Of a DNA stretch of 64,000 bases, positions 8,813-16,637 are shown piece after piece. Made by a program: the position numbers and the translations under genes. The stretch's first letter is position 1; every line of letters begins with the position of its first letter. Source of the DNA: an uncultured Candidatus Saccharibacteria bacterium (lineage in GTDB: Bacteria > Patescibacteriota > Minisyncoccia > Phycocordibacterales > UBA12088); assembly GCA_964567265.1 (NCBI GenBank), contig CAZMLK010000001.1:523723-587722 (forward strand). Reading direction: 5' to 3'. A model generated the notes under the pieces. It did no database searches and had not been told where the DNA came from. It was given only the letters and a program-made list of their open reading frames with translations.

Positions 8813-9016
8813 ATGGACAAAGGAACAATTGCTCGCCTCATGGGCGACAAGGGTTACGGCTTCATCAAGCGCGATGATGGCCAGAAGGACCTCTTCTTCC
8901 ATGCAAAGGAATTGAACGGTGTTGTGTTCGAGGAATTGCACGAGGGAGATGCCGTTACTTTCGAGATCGGAAGCAACGAGAAGGGTCAGCACGCAACGAA
9001 CGTTGCGCGCGCATAA
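8813..9016 (+). CDS. csp: Cold-shock protein (CspA family, S1-like OB fold)
   Basis: 67 aa. GTIARLMGDKGYGFIKRDDGQKDLFFHAKEL carries the RNP1-like KGYGFI motif. A ~100 nt 5' UTR is typical of csp genes. Confidence 0.9.
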   Translation: MDKGTIARLMGDKGYGFIKRDDGQKDLFFHAKELNGVVFEELHEGDAVTFEIGSNEKGQHATNVARA

Positions 9017-9044
9017 GGTCTAGGCTCCGGCCTTCCCTACACAG

Positions 9045-9078
9045 AAAACAGCTCCGAAAGGAGCTGTTTTCTTTTGTG
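9045..9078. terminator. Bidirectional intrinsic terminator (AAAACAGCTCC-GAAA-GGAGCTGTTTT)
   Basis: Perfect 10 bp stem with a GAAA loop, A-tract before and T-tract after. It sits between convergent csp (+) and the 9096..9716 gene (-). Confidence 0.7.
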
Positions 9079-9095
9079 CATACGCTCATCAAAAC

Positions 9096-9716
9096 CTACT
9101 GGAGCGCCGGATCCTCATCAGAGGCGATGCCGATCTCAGCAGACTTCACCATCTCGTCGAAATCCTTGATGATCTGGTCATCAGGCGTGAGCCACGTCAC
9201 GCTCCAGAGGAACAGGTGCGGCCCATTTACGAACGCGATGCTCCTGCCTTCATAGAGTCCGTTCCACCGGTACGAGAAGGCGTCTCTCGTCCCAACCTTC
9301 GTCTTCGCGAGCACGCCGTCGCCCAACTTGTAGTTGGTCTCGCTCGTATTCTTGATGAATGATTCGACCGACTGCTGTTCCATATTCTGGAAGACATCAA
9401 GCGTGATCGCGGTCGGTCCCTCGCGACCCGGCGATTTTCCTTCGCGCACCAAACGGTTCTCTTCCGTATCTTCAGTGAGCATTACCAGGTAGTGCGTCCG
9501 CTCGGCGTTGCCGATTTCCCGCTCTTCGAGGAAGTAATGGGTTGGGTAGTGGAAACGGATACCGAAGATATCCGAAGAGTACACCCTGGTATTCGTGGTT
9601 GAGGGAGTCGTCGTGGCGGTATCTTCGATCCGAACGGTGGTCTCCTGCCGGTAATACCAGATCGCCCCGACAAGGATCGCAACGAGGATCGCGATTATGA
9701 GCATCATCTTTTGCAT
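9096..9716 (-). CDS. Hypothetical membrane-anchored protein (N-terminal TM helix, extracytoplasmic domain)
   Basis: The ORF track extends to 9818. The likely start is MQKMMLIIAILVAILVGAIWYY at 9716, because the upstream extension is Arg-rich and low-complexity. No recognisable family. Confidence 0.5.
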   Translation of the reverse strand: MQKMMLIIAILVAILVGAIWYYRQETTVRIEDTATTTPSTTNTRVYSSDIFGIRFHYPTHYFLEEREIGNAERTHYLVMLTEDTEENRLVREGKSPGREGPTAITLDVFQNMEQQSVESFIKNTSETNYKLGDGVLAKTKVGTRDAFSYRWNGLYEGRSIAFVNGPHLFLWSVTWLTPDDQIIKDFDEMVKSAEIGIASDEDPALQ

Positions 9717-9859
9717 ACGAGCAGTATACCAAGAATTACTGCGCGAAACATGTCTGTCATGGGGCTTCCTCCCTATACACACTGAAGCCGCAGGTGCCCG
9801 CAAGCGTCCACGCTCCATGATATAGTTACGGCAAGCGTTAGGGGCATAATCTGATTCCT

Positions 9860-10054
9860 ATGTTCGATAACAACTTGTATAATTTAATGAATCAGCTGGT
9901 CGAGGAGCATAAGAGCTTGTGGCGCATCCGTGATGAATATCTTGAAGATGCCGAAGGAGATGTCGAGGCGCTCGATTTCTGGAATCGCATGATCGAAGAC
10001 AAGGGTGCGGAAATCGTCGCGCTCACCGAACTTGTGCAGGCCCGGCTGTCGTAA
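9860..10054 (+). CDS. Small acidic hypothetical protein (64 aa)
   Basis: ORF only; helical and acidic sequence. Confidence 0.3.
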   Translation: MFDNNLYNLMNQLVEEHKSLWRIRDEYLEDAEGDVEALDFWNRMIEDKGAEIVALTELVQARLS

Positions 10055-10088
10055 CCCGCGTATTATCCGTCATTTGTAGCACACCACC

Positions 10089-10640
10089 ATGGAAAAGAAA
10101 CACCTGCTTGCAATCGTCGTGATCGCGATCATCGCGGTCGGCGCGCTGTTCTGGAAAGACGCGTCGCTTCCAATCGGAAAGGCGCCCATCACCTCCTACG
10201 ATGAATGCGTCGCGGCCGGAAACATGGTCCAGGAAAGCTACCCGGCAGTCTGCGTGACCACGGACGGACAGCGCTTCATCCAGGAAGTCGCTGATCTTCC
10301 GGATGTCACCACTCCGGAAGAAGATATCATCGTCGTTGAGAAGCCGACCCCGGACGCAACGGTCACGAGCCCGCTCACTGTCACCGGCAAGGCGCGCGGC
10401 AACTGGTATTTCGAAGCCTCATTCCCCGTAAAGCTCCTCGATGCAAATGATGACGTGATTGCCTCCGGAGTCGCGCAAGCAAAGGGTGATTGGATGACGG
10501 AAGACTACGTCCCCTTCAGCGTGACGCTCACCTTCAAGAAGCAACCGAAGGGATCCTCTGGGACGCTTGTCCTCATGAAGGACAATCCGTCCGGGTTGCC
10601 CGAGAATGAGGATGCGCGGACGCTATCCGTCACCTTCTAG
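10089..10640 (+). CDS. Membrane-anchored Gmad2 immunoglobulin-like domain protein
   Basis: An N-terminal TM helix is followed by GKARGNWYFEASFPVKLLDANDDVIASGVAQAKGDWMTEDYVPFSVTLTF, typical of the Gmad2 / GerMN-associated Ig-like domain. Confidence 0.65.
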   Translation: MEKKHLLAIVVIAIIAVGALFWKDASLPIGKAPITSYDECVAAGNMVQESYPAVCVTTDGQRFIQEVADLPDVTTPEEDIIVVEKPTPDATVTSPLTVTGKARGNWYFEASFPVKLLDANDDVIASGVAQAKGDWMTEDYVPFSVTLTFKKQPKGSSGTLVLMKDNPSGLPENEDARTLSVTF

Positions 10641-10671
10641 CGGGCGCTTATTCACCACCTTCCTGACTTCA

Positions 10672-11154
10672 ATGCATTTCCTTCAAAATAAATGGACGCT
10701 GGCGCTTTCAAGCGTGGGAATGGTCGGCCTTGCGCTTGTGTTCGTCCTTCTCAGCGATCACTCGGCTGCACCGGCTCCAATAGAGGTCGTACCGACGATC
10801 CAGAAGCATCCCGTTTCAGATCTTGAAGGACCGACCGGCGGAACCTACATGGAAGGCGGCGTCCCGGAATACAATCCATTCAACGGGAACGCGTACATCT
10901 CGACCGAAGCGGGCGGCGGTCCGAAATCACCCTACATCGTCAACAAGCCCGCCCCCGATTCGCATGTATACGTCTTTCCTGAACCATACAAGAGCAAGCG
11001 CGTGAGCCCGGACGGCGGGACGCTGTACACCGGGACGAACAGTTCTGCGGGTACTACTGGAGGAACGACCAATACGTCGAACAATACCAGTGGCGAACAG
11101 GTGCTCCCCGATCTCCCGCCGCCCCCACCACCTCCCCCGATGCCGTCGCAGTAG
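10672..11154 (+). CDS. Hypothetical secreted protein with a C-terminal poly-proline tail
   Basis: Start chosen at MHFLQNKWTLALSSVGMVGLALVFVLL (signal or anchor). Ends in PPPPPPPPMPSQ. Confidence 0.45.
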   Translation: MHFLQNKWTLALSSVGMVGLALVFVLLSDHSAAPAPIEVVPTIQKHPVSDLEGPTGGTYMEGGVPEYNPFNGNAYISTEAGGGPKSPYIVNKPAPDSHVYVFPEPYKSKRVSPDGGTLYTGTNSSAGTTGGTTNTSNNTSGEQVLPDLPPPPPPPPMPSQ

Positions 11155-11160
11155 CGCTGG

Positions 11161-11215
11161 GGGCATACACAAACCCCCGCGTGGCCTTTGGCCACGCGGG
11201 GGTTTGTGTATGCCC
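11161..11215. repeat. 55 bp perfect palindrome (26 bp stem, TTTG loop) between convergent genes, with no flanking U-tract
   Basis: GGGCATACACAAACCCCCGCGTGGCC tttg GCCACGCGGGGGTTTGTGTATGCC read directly. The stem is too long and the U-tract is absent, so it is not a typical intrinsic terminator. Confidence 0.6.
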
Positions 11216-11234
11216 ATTTCACCCGTAGACCTTA

Positions 11235-11996
11235 CTAGAACTTCAGCGAATGCTCACCGATCCGTGTACGCCGGATCCGGAACGCAAGAGCGGGAACGCC
11301 AAGCGTCGCGCCCACTTTCTCGGCGAGGCTCCGCATGTACGTTCCGCTCGAACAGCGGACGCGCACGCCGACGATCGGGAACGTGAGGTCGTAGAGCGTG
11401 CGCGTATGTTCCTGCCAGAGCGTGAGGATGCGTTCTTGCCTGAAGTCACCCGCGACTTTTCCGATGCCTTCCGTCACATCCGCGAGCAGCGCCTCGGAGG
11501 TGATCTCGCGCATGCCGACGATCCCCGCTTCCATCACTTCAAATGCGTGTTCCGGAATCTCGATGTCCTCAAGCTTGCCCGCCTTCGCCCATTCAAAGAG
11601 CGGCACTCCGGCGACCGGCTTCGAGGAGTACGCGGGATACGGATCTGTGTGCGTACCGACGAGCGCTGCGACCGCTTCTGGAAGTCGCGCGAGTACGGAA
11701 CGCGGCACGCCCTTTCGCGTGGGAGCATCCACCAGCTCTCCAAGCACGTCACCAGTATCGCTCCGGAACCCGAACAGGATCTCGATATCATATTCCTTAT
11801 CAAGTGCCGTATACTCGGCCTTCTCATGCACGGTGTCACCGGCAAGCAGGAGCACCAGTCCCTCCGCCATCGGATCAAGCCGCCCGGCGTAGGTCAGGGA
11901 TTCGTCCTTGAGGCCCGGGTGGGCCTTCTTGAAGCGGCTCAAAAGGACTGAGAGCGTTTCCCCCCGATCCTTCGAGACCGCATAGACTGCTTTCAT
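11235..11996 (-). CDS. truB: tRNA pseudouridine(55) synthase TruB
   Basis: From MKAVYAV. AGRLDPMAEGLVLLLAGD (catalytic-Asp motif GxLDPxAxG) and CSSGTYMRSLAEKVGATLGVPALAFRIRRTRIG align with E. coli TruB (CSKGTYIRTIIDDLG...LRR). The upstream 77 aa of the ORF are Arg/Trp-rich and probably not translated. Confidence 0.85.
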   Translation of the reverse strand: MKAVYAVSKDRGETLSVLLSRFKKAHPGLKDESLTYAGRLDPMAEGLVLLLAGDTVHEKAEYTALDKEYDIEILFGFRSDTGDVLGELVDAPTRKGVPRSVLARLPEAVAALVGTHTDPYPAYSSKPVAGVPLFEWAKAGKLEDIEIPEHAFEVMEAGIVGMREITSEALLADVTEGIGKVAGDFRQERILTLWQEHTRTLYDLTFPIVGVRVRCSSGTYMRSLAEKVGATLGVPALAFRIRRTRIGEHSLKF

Positions 11997-12178
11997 AGAG
12001 TGCGTTGCTTTGCTACAATCGGAGCTAGATTTCAAGTCATTTCGGGCGCCCCAAGGGCCCCTGCTCTGCTCGCTTGAATCTATCGTAGCACCAATGGTTC
12101 CATTCGTCCGCTGCACCGCTTTGGATGCACGGCTCGCACTCCTTTCCTGGTGCCATTCCCATAATCCTCTCAATATCC

Positions 12179-13459
12179 ATGGCCGAAAAAGCAAAAAAGG
12201 CATCCAAAAAAATAGGTACCGACGCATACAAGGGCGTCCGTGATTTCTATCCTGAAGAGATGTTCATACAGGAGTACATCTTCTCGACCATGAGCGAGGT
12301 CGCGGAACGCTTCGGCTACGACGAATACGGGGCCTCCATCCTCGAGCCGACCGAGCTCTATGCGTCGAAGACGAGTGACGAGATCGTGAATGATCAGACG
12401 TACACGTTCATCGACCGCGGCGAGCGTTCCGTCACGCTCCGTCCTGAGATGACGCCGACGGTCGCGCGCATGGTGGCTGCGCGGAAGCGCGAGCTTGCGT
12501 TCCCGCTCCGCTGGTATTCAATCCCGAACATGTTCCGCTACGAGCGCCCGCAGCGCGGGCGCCTGCGCGAATTTTGGCAGCTCAACTGCGACCTCTTCGG
12601 GATTGCCGGCATCGAGGCCGACGTCGAGATCATTTCCCTCGCGTATCACATCATGCGCGCCTTCGGCGCCCTCAACGAGGACTTCGAGATCCGCGTCAAT
12701 GACCGCCGGAGCATCCTCTCCTTGCTCGAGGATGATCTCGAGCTTTCGGGAGACCAGATCAAGCCGTTCCTCTCACTCCTAGACCGCCGCGAGAAGCTGC
12801 CCGAAGCCGAGTTCGAGATCGCTGCCATCGATTTGATCGGAGCGGACATGTTCGAGAAATTCGTCGAGGCAAGCGCGCATCCGGAGCCATCTCCTGCGCT
12901 CGCCGAGTTGATCGCCTCGCTCACGAGCCTCGGCGTCTCGAACGTAATCTATGACCCGGAACTCATCCGCGGATTCGACTACTACACCGGCATCATCTTC
13001 GAAGTGTTCGACACTGCACCCGAGAACAACCGCTCGCTCTTCGGCGGCGGCCGCTACGACAATCTGCTCGACGTATTTGGCGCGGAAAAGGTCCCGGCGG
13101 TCGGCTTCGGCATGGGCGACGTGCCAATCCACAACTTCCTCGAGACGCGGAAGCTCCTTCCAACCTATACGAGCGTGGTTGATCTCGCGCTCCTTGTCCT
13201 CGATGCCGACTCGATGCGCTACGCGCAGGAACTCGCACAAAGCCTCCGCGAGCAAGGCCTCCATGTTTCCATTGACTTCACGCTCCGGAAGGCGGGCGAT
13301 CAGATCAAGGCGGCATCGAAGTCAGCTGTGCCATACATCGCGCTTATCGGCGCGACCGAGCGCGGCACACGGACGCTCCGCATCAAGGAGCTCGAGAACG
13401 GCACCGAGACCGAGGTCCCGGAAGGCGCGATCGCCGATTTCATCCTCGCCGTAGACTAA
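12179..13459 (+). CDS. hisS: Histidine--tRNA ligase
   Basis: FRYERPQRGRLREFWQLNCDLFG (class II motif 2 of HisRS), GGGRYDNL, and an anticodon-binding C-terminus. Start at MAEKAKK. Confidence 0.95.
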   Translation: MAEKAKKASKKIGTDAYKGVRDFYPEEMFIQEYIFSTMSEVAERFGYDEYGASILEPTELYASKTSDEIVNDQTYTFIDRGERSVTLRPEMTPTVARMVAARKRELAFPLRWYSIPNMFRYERPQRGRLREFWQLNCDLFGIAGIEADVEIISLAYHIMRAFGALNEDFEIRVNDRRSILSLLEDDLELSGDQIKPFLSLLDRREKLPEAEFEIAAIDLIGADMFEKFVEASAHPEPSPALAELIASLTSLGVSNVIYDPELIRGFDYYTGIIFEVFDTAPENNRSLFGGGRYDNLLDVFGAEKVPAVGFGMGDVPIHNFLETRKLLPTYTSVVDLALLVLDADSMRYAQELAQSLREQGLHVSIDFTLRKAGDQIKAASKSAVPYIALIGATERGTRTLRIKELENGTETEVPEGAIADFILAVD

Positions 13460-13483
13460 TCAGCATCTCTAAAATCCCTTTCC

Positions 13484-14059
13484 ATGCGGAAGCTCGTCTT
13501 TGATATTGAAACGAAAAATCTCTTCGAGGAGGTCGGCAAAGCCGATCCTGCGCTTCTCGATATCTCCATCGTCTGCGTCTGGGACTCGGAGACGGACCAG
13601 TACACCAGCTACTTGGAGGAAGAACTGCCGAAGCTGTGGCCGCTCATCGAGAAGACCGAGATGCTGATCGGCTACAACTCCGACCACTTCGACATCCCGC
13701 TCCTCGATAAGTACTATCCCGGCGATTTGAAGAAGATTAAGAGCCTCGATCTTCTCAAGGAAATCCGTGCGTCGATCGGACGCCGCGTGAAGCTCGACTC
13801 AGTCGCCGAAGCCACGCTCGGCGTCGGAAAGAACGGCCACGGCCTCGAGGCCGTCCGTCTGTGGCGCGAAGGCAATATCACCAAACTCCGCGAGTACTGT
13901 CTCAACGACGTGAAGATCACCAAGGACGTGTACGAGTACGCGGTCAAGAACAACAAGCTGTTCTACCGTGATGTCGGCGCACCGCGCGAAATCAAGCTCG
14001 ATACCTCCACTTGGGAGAATGACGAAGGCCACTCAATGACCTTCACACTCCCCTTTTAG
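13484..14059 (+). CDS. RNase H-like 3'-5' exonuclease (PolB-exonuclease-like / YprB family)
   Basis: FDIETKNL, LIGYNSDHFDIPLL and YCLNDV form the DEDD-type acidic motifs. A TAAAAT box lies 8 nt upstream of the ATG. Confidence 0.65.
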   Translation: MRKLVFDIETKNLFEEVGKADPALLDISIVCVWDSETDQYTSYLEEELPKLWPLIEKTEMLIGYNSDHFDIPLLDKYYPGDLKKIKSLDLLKEIRASIGRRVKLDSVAEATLGVGKNGHGLEAVRLWREGNITKLREYCLNDVKITKDVYEYAVKNNKLFYRDVGAPREIKLDTSTWENDEGHSMTFTLPF

Positions 14060-14061
14060 CA

Positions 14062-14610
14062 TTGACAACGTATCAATTAAATTATATAAAATTTCTAGCG
14101 AACTCTGACTTGGGGAGCATAGAGATGACTACGGATAGGCCATACGTACCCCGGATTCAGTATGTCGTCTGGTGGCTTACGAGCGCAGGCAAAATACTTG
14201 AGGTAAACCCGGACGATGTTCTCCATGAACACACCCATATAAATTATTCTGGAGGTTCCAGCGGGTGGGAGAGCTCAATCGACGTGGTTTATTTCGAACC
14301 CTGCACCATTGAGGAGCGAATGTTACAGGGTGAGATTCACGAGATACTCCTCACTGCTCTTCACAACGCGCTCAGTGCCATCGAGCGACCAACACGGAAG
14401 CAGGTGTGGTCTATCGATAGGCAGTTGGATTTATCGGAGGCGTGGCGTATCAGCGAGATGATCAAATGCCTGGATCCCATCCACGCAGTGCGGGTCCAGA
14501 TACTACTCAATAGGCTTTGTGTGCGCTATCTAGGGAAAGGTCTGCATTCAACGGTCCGTGAAAACTTCTCACGATTCATGTTCATTGCACATGAGGAGGA
14601 TTCCGAGTAG
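14062..14610 (+). CDS. Hypothetical protein encoded in a locally lower-GC segment
   Basis: 182 aa ORF with no recognisable motif. GC is visibly lower than the flanks. The start may instead be at MTTDRPY (14125). Confidence 0.4.
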   Translation: MTTYQLNYIKFLANSDLGSIEMTTDRPYVPRIQYVVWWLTSAGKILEVNPDDVLHEHTHINYSGGSSGWESSIDVVYFEPCTIEERMLQGEIHEILLTALHNALSAIERPTRKQVWSIDRQLDLSEAWRISEMIKCLDPIHAVRVQILLNRLCVRYLGKGLHSTVRENFSRFMFIAHEEDSE

Positions 14611-14622
14611 CCGAACACGTCA

Positions 14623-14659
14623 GGTGGCCGCCAGCAAAGCTGGCGGCCACCTTTACTTT
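14623..14659 (+). terminator. Intrinsic terminator (GGTGGCCGCCAGC-AAA-GCTGGCGGCCACC, then TTTACTTTA)
   Basis: 13 bp perfect stem followed by a T-rich tract, immediately downstream of the 14062..14610 gene. Confidence 0.7.
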
Positions 14660-15467
14660 ATATATACAAAAATCCGAGGATGGAGAGCGCGAGGAGGGTG
14701 CGATAGAGGATGAAGATGCCGAGCGAATTGTTTTTGAGGAATCGAATGAGGAAGTGGATGCAGCCGAGGCCGACAGTGAAGGCGACGAGGGAGCCGAGGA
14801 GGAGCGGGAAACCGATCTGCGAGAGCTCGCCGTGCATGCCGAGCTCCAGGAGCTTCTTGAGGCCGGAGCCAAGGATGATCGGGAAGGAAAGGAGAAAGCC
14901 GAAGCGGGCGGCCTCCGAACGCGAAAGGCCGAGCATGAGGCCGCCCGCTATGGTCGCACCCGAGCGGGACACGCCAGGTACGAGCGCAAGGCATTGATAC
15001 AAGCCGATGCCGATGCCGCGCCACACCGAAAGGGTTTTTTTCTCAGTGATCCACTTCCCCGTCCACTCCGCAAGGAGGAGGAGCGCGGAACCGGCGAGCA
15101 GCATCCACGCGACCAGCTCCGCGCTCCGGAAAATGGTTTCCATGCGTGACTCGAGGAGAAGGCCTGCGATCACCGCAGGGATGGTGCCAAAAATGATCGC
15201 GAGGATCATGACCTTCTGGCCCGATTCCACCCCGCGACCGCGGATCCACGAGAGCGTGTCCTCGGCAAGGCGCCAGAAATCATTGCGGAAATACACGAGG
15301 ACCGCGAGCGCGGTCGCGAGCTGGAGGACGGCATCGACCGCAAGCCCGTCTGGTGTCACGACGCCGAAGAGATCACGGGCGATGATGAGGTGGCCCGAAG
15401 AGGAGACCGGCAGGAACTCGGTGAGACCCTGCACGATGCCAAGAAAAAGGAATGGGTAGAGGTACAT
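14658..15467 (-). CDS. uppP: Undecaprenyl-diphosphate phosphatase
   Basis: MYLYPFLFLGIVQGLTEFLPVSSSGHLII and GVSRSGATIAGGLMLGLSR are the two conserved BacA/UppP motifs. Eight predicted TM helices. Confidence 0.95.
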   Translation of the reverse strand: MYLYPFLFLGIVQGLTEFLPVSSSGHLIIARDLFGVVTPDGLAVDAVLQLATALAVLVYFRNDFWRLAEDTLSWIRGRGVESGQKVMILAIIFGTIPAVIAGLLLESRMETIFRSAELVAWMLLAGSALLLLAEWTGKWITEKKTLSVWRGIGIGLYQCLALVPGVSRSGATIAGGLMLGLSRSEAARFGFLLSFPIILGSGLKKLLELGMHGELSQIGFPLLLGSLVAFTVGLGCIHFLIRFLKNNSLGIFILYRTLLALSILGFLYI

Positions 15468-15544
15468 ACGTGTGCTTGGCGGACAAAATCGAGTATATGG
15501 TAGAATATGCTCACTGTCTATTCATCTACTCGCACTAAACTACC

Positions 15545-16279
15545 ATGGATCAAGAACCAACGATGCCGCCGCAGATGCAGAAGAACGCGCTTATCCCGAT
15601 CGCTATCGTCATTGCAGGCGTCCTCATCGCGGGCGCGGTGCTCTACGTGAACCGCGGCGCACTCGGGGGCGGAACACCAGACACGACCGCCGAGACCGCT
15701 GCTGCCAAGGACATCAACATTCGCCCGATCGGCAAGGATGACCACATCGTCGGTAATCCGGCAGCACCGATCGTCATCGTCGAATATTCGGATCTTGAAT
15801 GCCCGTTCTGCAAGGATTTCCACCAGACGATGCGGAAGATCATGGACGAATACGGGACGAAAGGTCAGATCGCATGGGTATTCCGCAATTTCCCGATCGC
15901 AAGCAATCATCCGAAAGCGCAGCACGAGCACGAGGCGGCTGAATGCGCGGCGGAACTCGGAGGGAATGATACCTATTGGAAATACATCAATCGCATATTC
16001 GAGATAACCCCATCGAATAACGGCCTTGATCCGGCCGAGCTCTCCAATGTCGCTGCCCAGGTCGGCATCGACAAGAAATCCTTCGACGCCTGCCTCTCGA
16101 GCGGACGCACCAAGGACCTCGTTGACCGCGACTACAATGATGCCGTGAATGCGGGTGCGAAAGGAACGCCATATTCCGTAGTGATCGCCAACAACCAGAA
16201 AGCAGTCATCAACGGCGCGTACCCGTATCCGGCAGTGAAGTCGATCGTCGATTCGATTCTCCAGAAAGTATCGAACTAG
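15545..16279 (+). CDS. Membrane-anchored DsbA-family thiol-disulfide oxidoreductase
   Basis: N-terminal TM segment, CPFC active site (EYSDLECPFCKDFH) and a DsbA-like helical insertion. Confidence 0.85.
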   Translation: MDQEPTMPPQMQKNALIPIAIVIAGVLIAGAVLYVNRGALGGGTPDTTAETAAAKDINIRPIGKDDHIVGNPAAPIVIVEYSDLECPFCKDFHQTMRKIMDEYGTKGQIAWVFRNFPIASNHPKAQHEHEAAECAAELGGNDTYWKYINRIFEITPSNNGLDPAELSNVAAQVGIDKKSFDACLSSGRTKDLVDRDYNDAVNAGAKGTPYSVVIANNQKAVINGAYPYPAVKSIVDSILQKVSN

Positions 16280-16295
16280 GTCAAACGGAAGTGCC

Positions 16296-16337
16296 GAAAC
16301 CCCGCCGAGGCTTCGCTTCGGCGGGGTTTCGTTTGAC
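16296..16337 (+). terminator. Intrinsic terminator (GAAACCCCGCCGAGG-cttcg-CTTCGGCGGGGTTTC, then GTTTG)
   Basis: 15 bp stem (one G-U pair), 17 nt downstream of the dsbA-like stop. Confidence 0.65.
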
Positions 16338-16452
16338 TCCCCCCATCCCTCCTGTTAGGGTATGCGAGGCCGCACAGCCGCATCCTGTGCCTCCGCAGAG
16401 GTTGCGGTCCCGGCTCGAGGGCAAGGAGCATCGTGGAGTGCGGCTAGATTTT

Positions 16453-16490
16453 GGGCGCTTTTGGGGAAACCCGAGAGCGCCTACTTTTTT
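16453..16490 (+). terminator. Intrinsic terminator with a nested hairpin (GGCGCT...GGGGAAACCC...AGCGCC, then TACTTTTTT)
   Basis: Stem GGCGCT/AGCGCC encloses a GGG-GAAA-CCC hairpin, followed by T6. Confidence 0.5.
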
Positions 16491-16496
16491 ATCCCA

Positions 16497-16526
16497 ATTG
16501 ACCATTCACCCGCTTTATTGATATAT
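16497..16526 (+). promoter_or_regulatory. Candidate sigma-70 promoter (TTGACC, 18 nt spacer, TATATT) with no downstream CDS
   Basis: TTGACCattcacccgctttattgaTATATT read from the sequence. The only thing downstream on this strand is ~100 nt ending in a strong terminator. Confidence 0.3.
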
Positions 16527-16532
16527 TTTTTT

Positions 16533-16637
16533 CTGTTTGAGGGCTTGGGCGTGTCCGTTTCCCCTTATATTCACAGGGTGACAGACCGCCACAATTCATG
16601 GACGTGACGCACTCCGGTGCGGCACGTCCTTTTTTTA
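16533..16637 (+). ncRNA. Candidate small RNA (~105 nt), delimited by the promoter-like element at 16497-16526 and the intrinsic terminator at 16600-16637
   Basis: There is no ORF with a start and RBS on the plus strand. The terminator is oriented for plus-strand transcription only: the minus strand reads A-tract-hairpin and cannot terminate. It overlaps the last codons of the convergent helicase gene. Confidence 0.3.
16600..16637 (+). terminator. Strong intrinsic terminator (GGACGTGaCGCAC-tccg-GTGCGgCACGTCC, then TTTTTTT)
   Basis: 12 bp GC-rich interrupted stem plus T7, read directly from the sequence. Confidence 0.75.
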
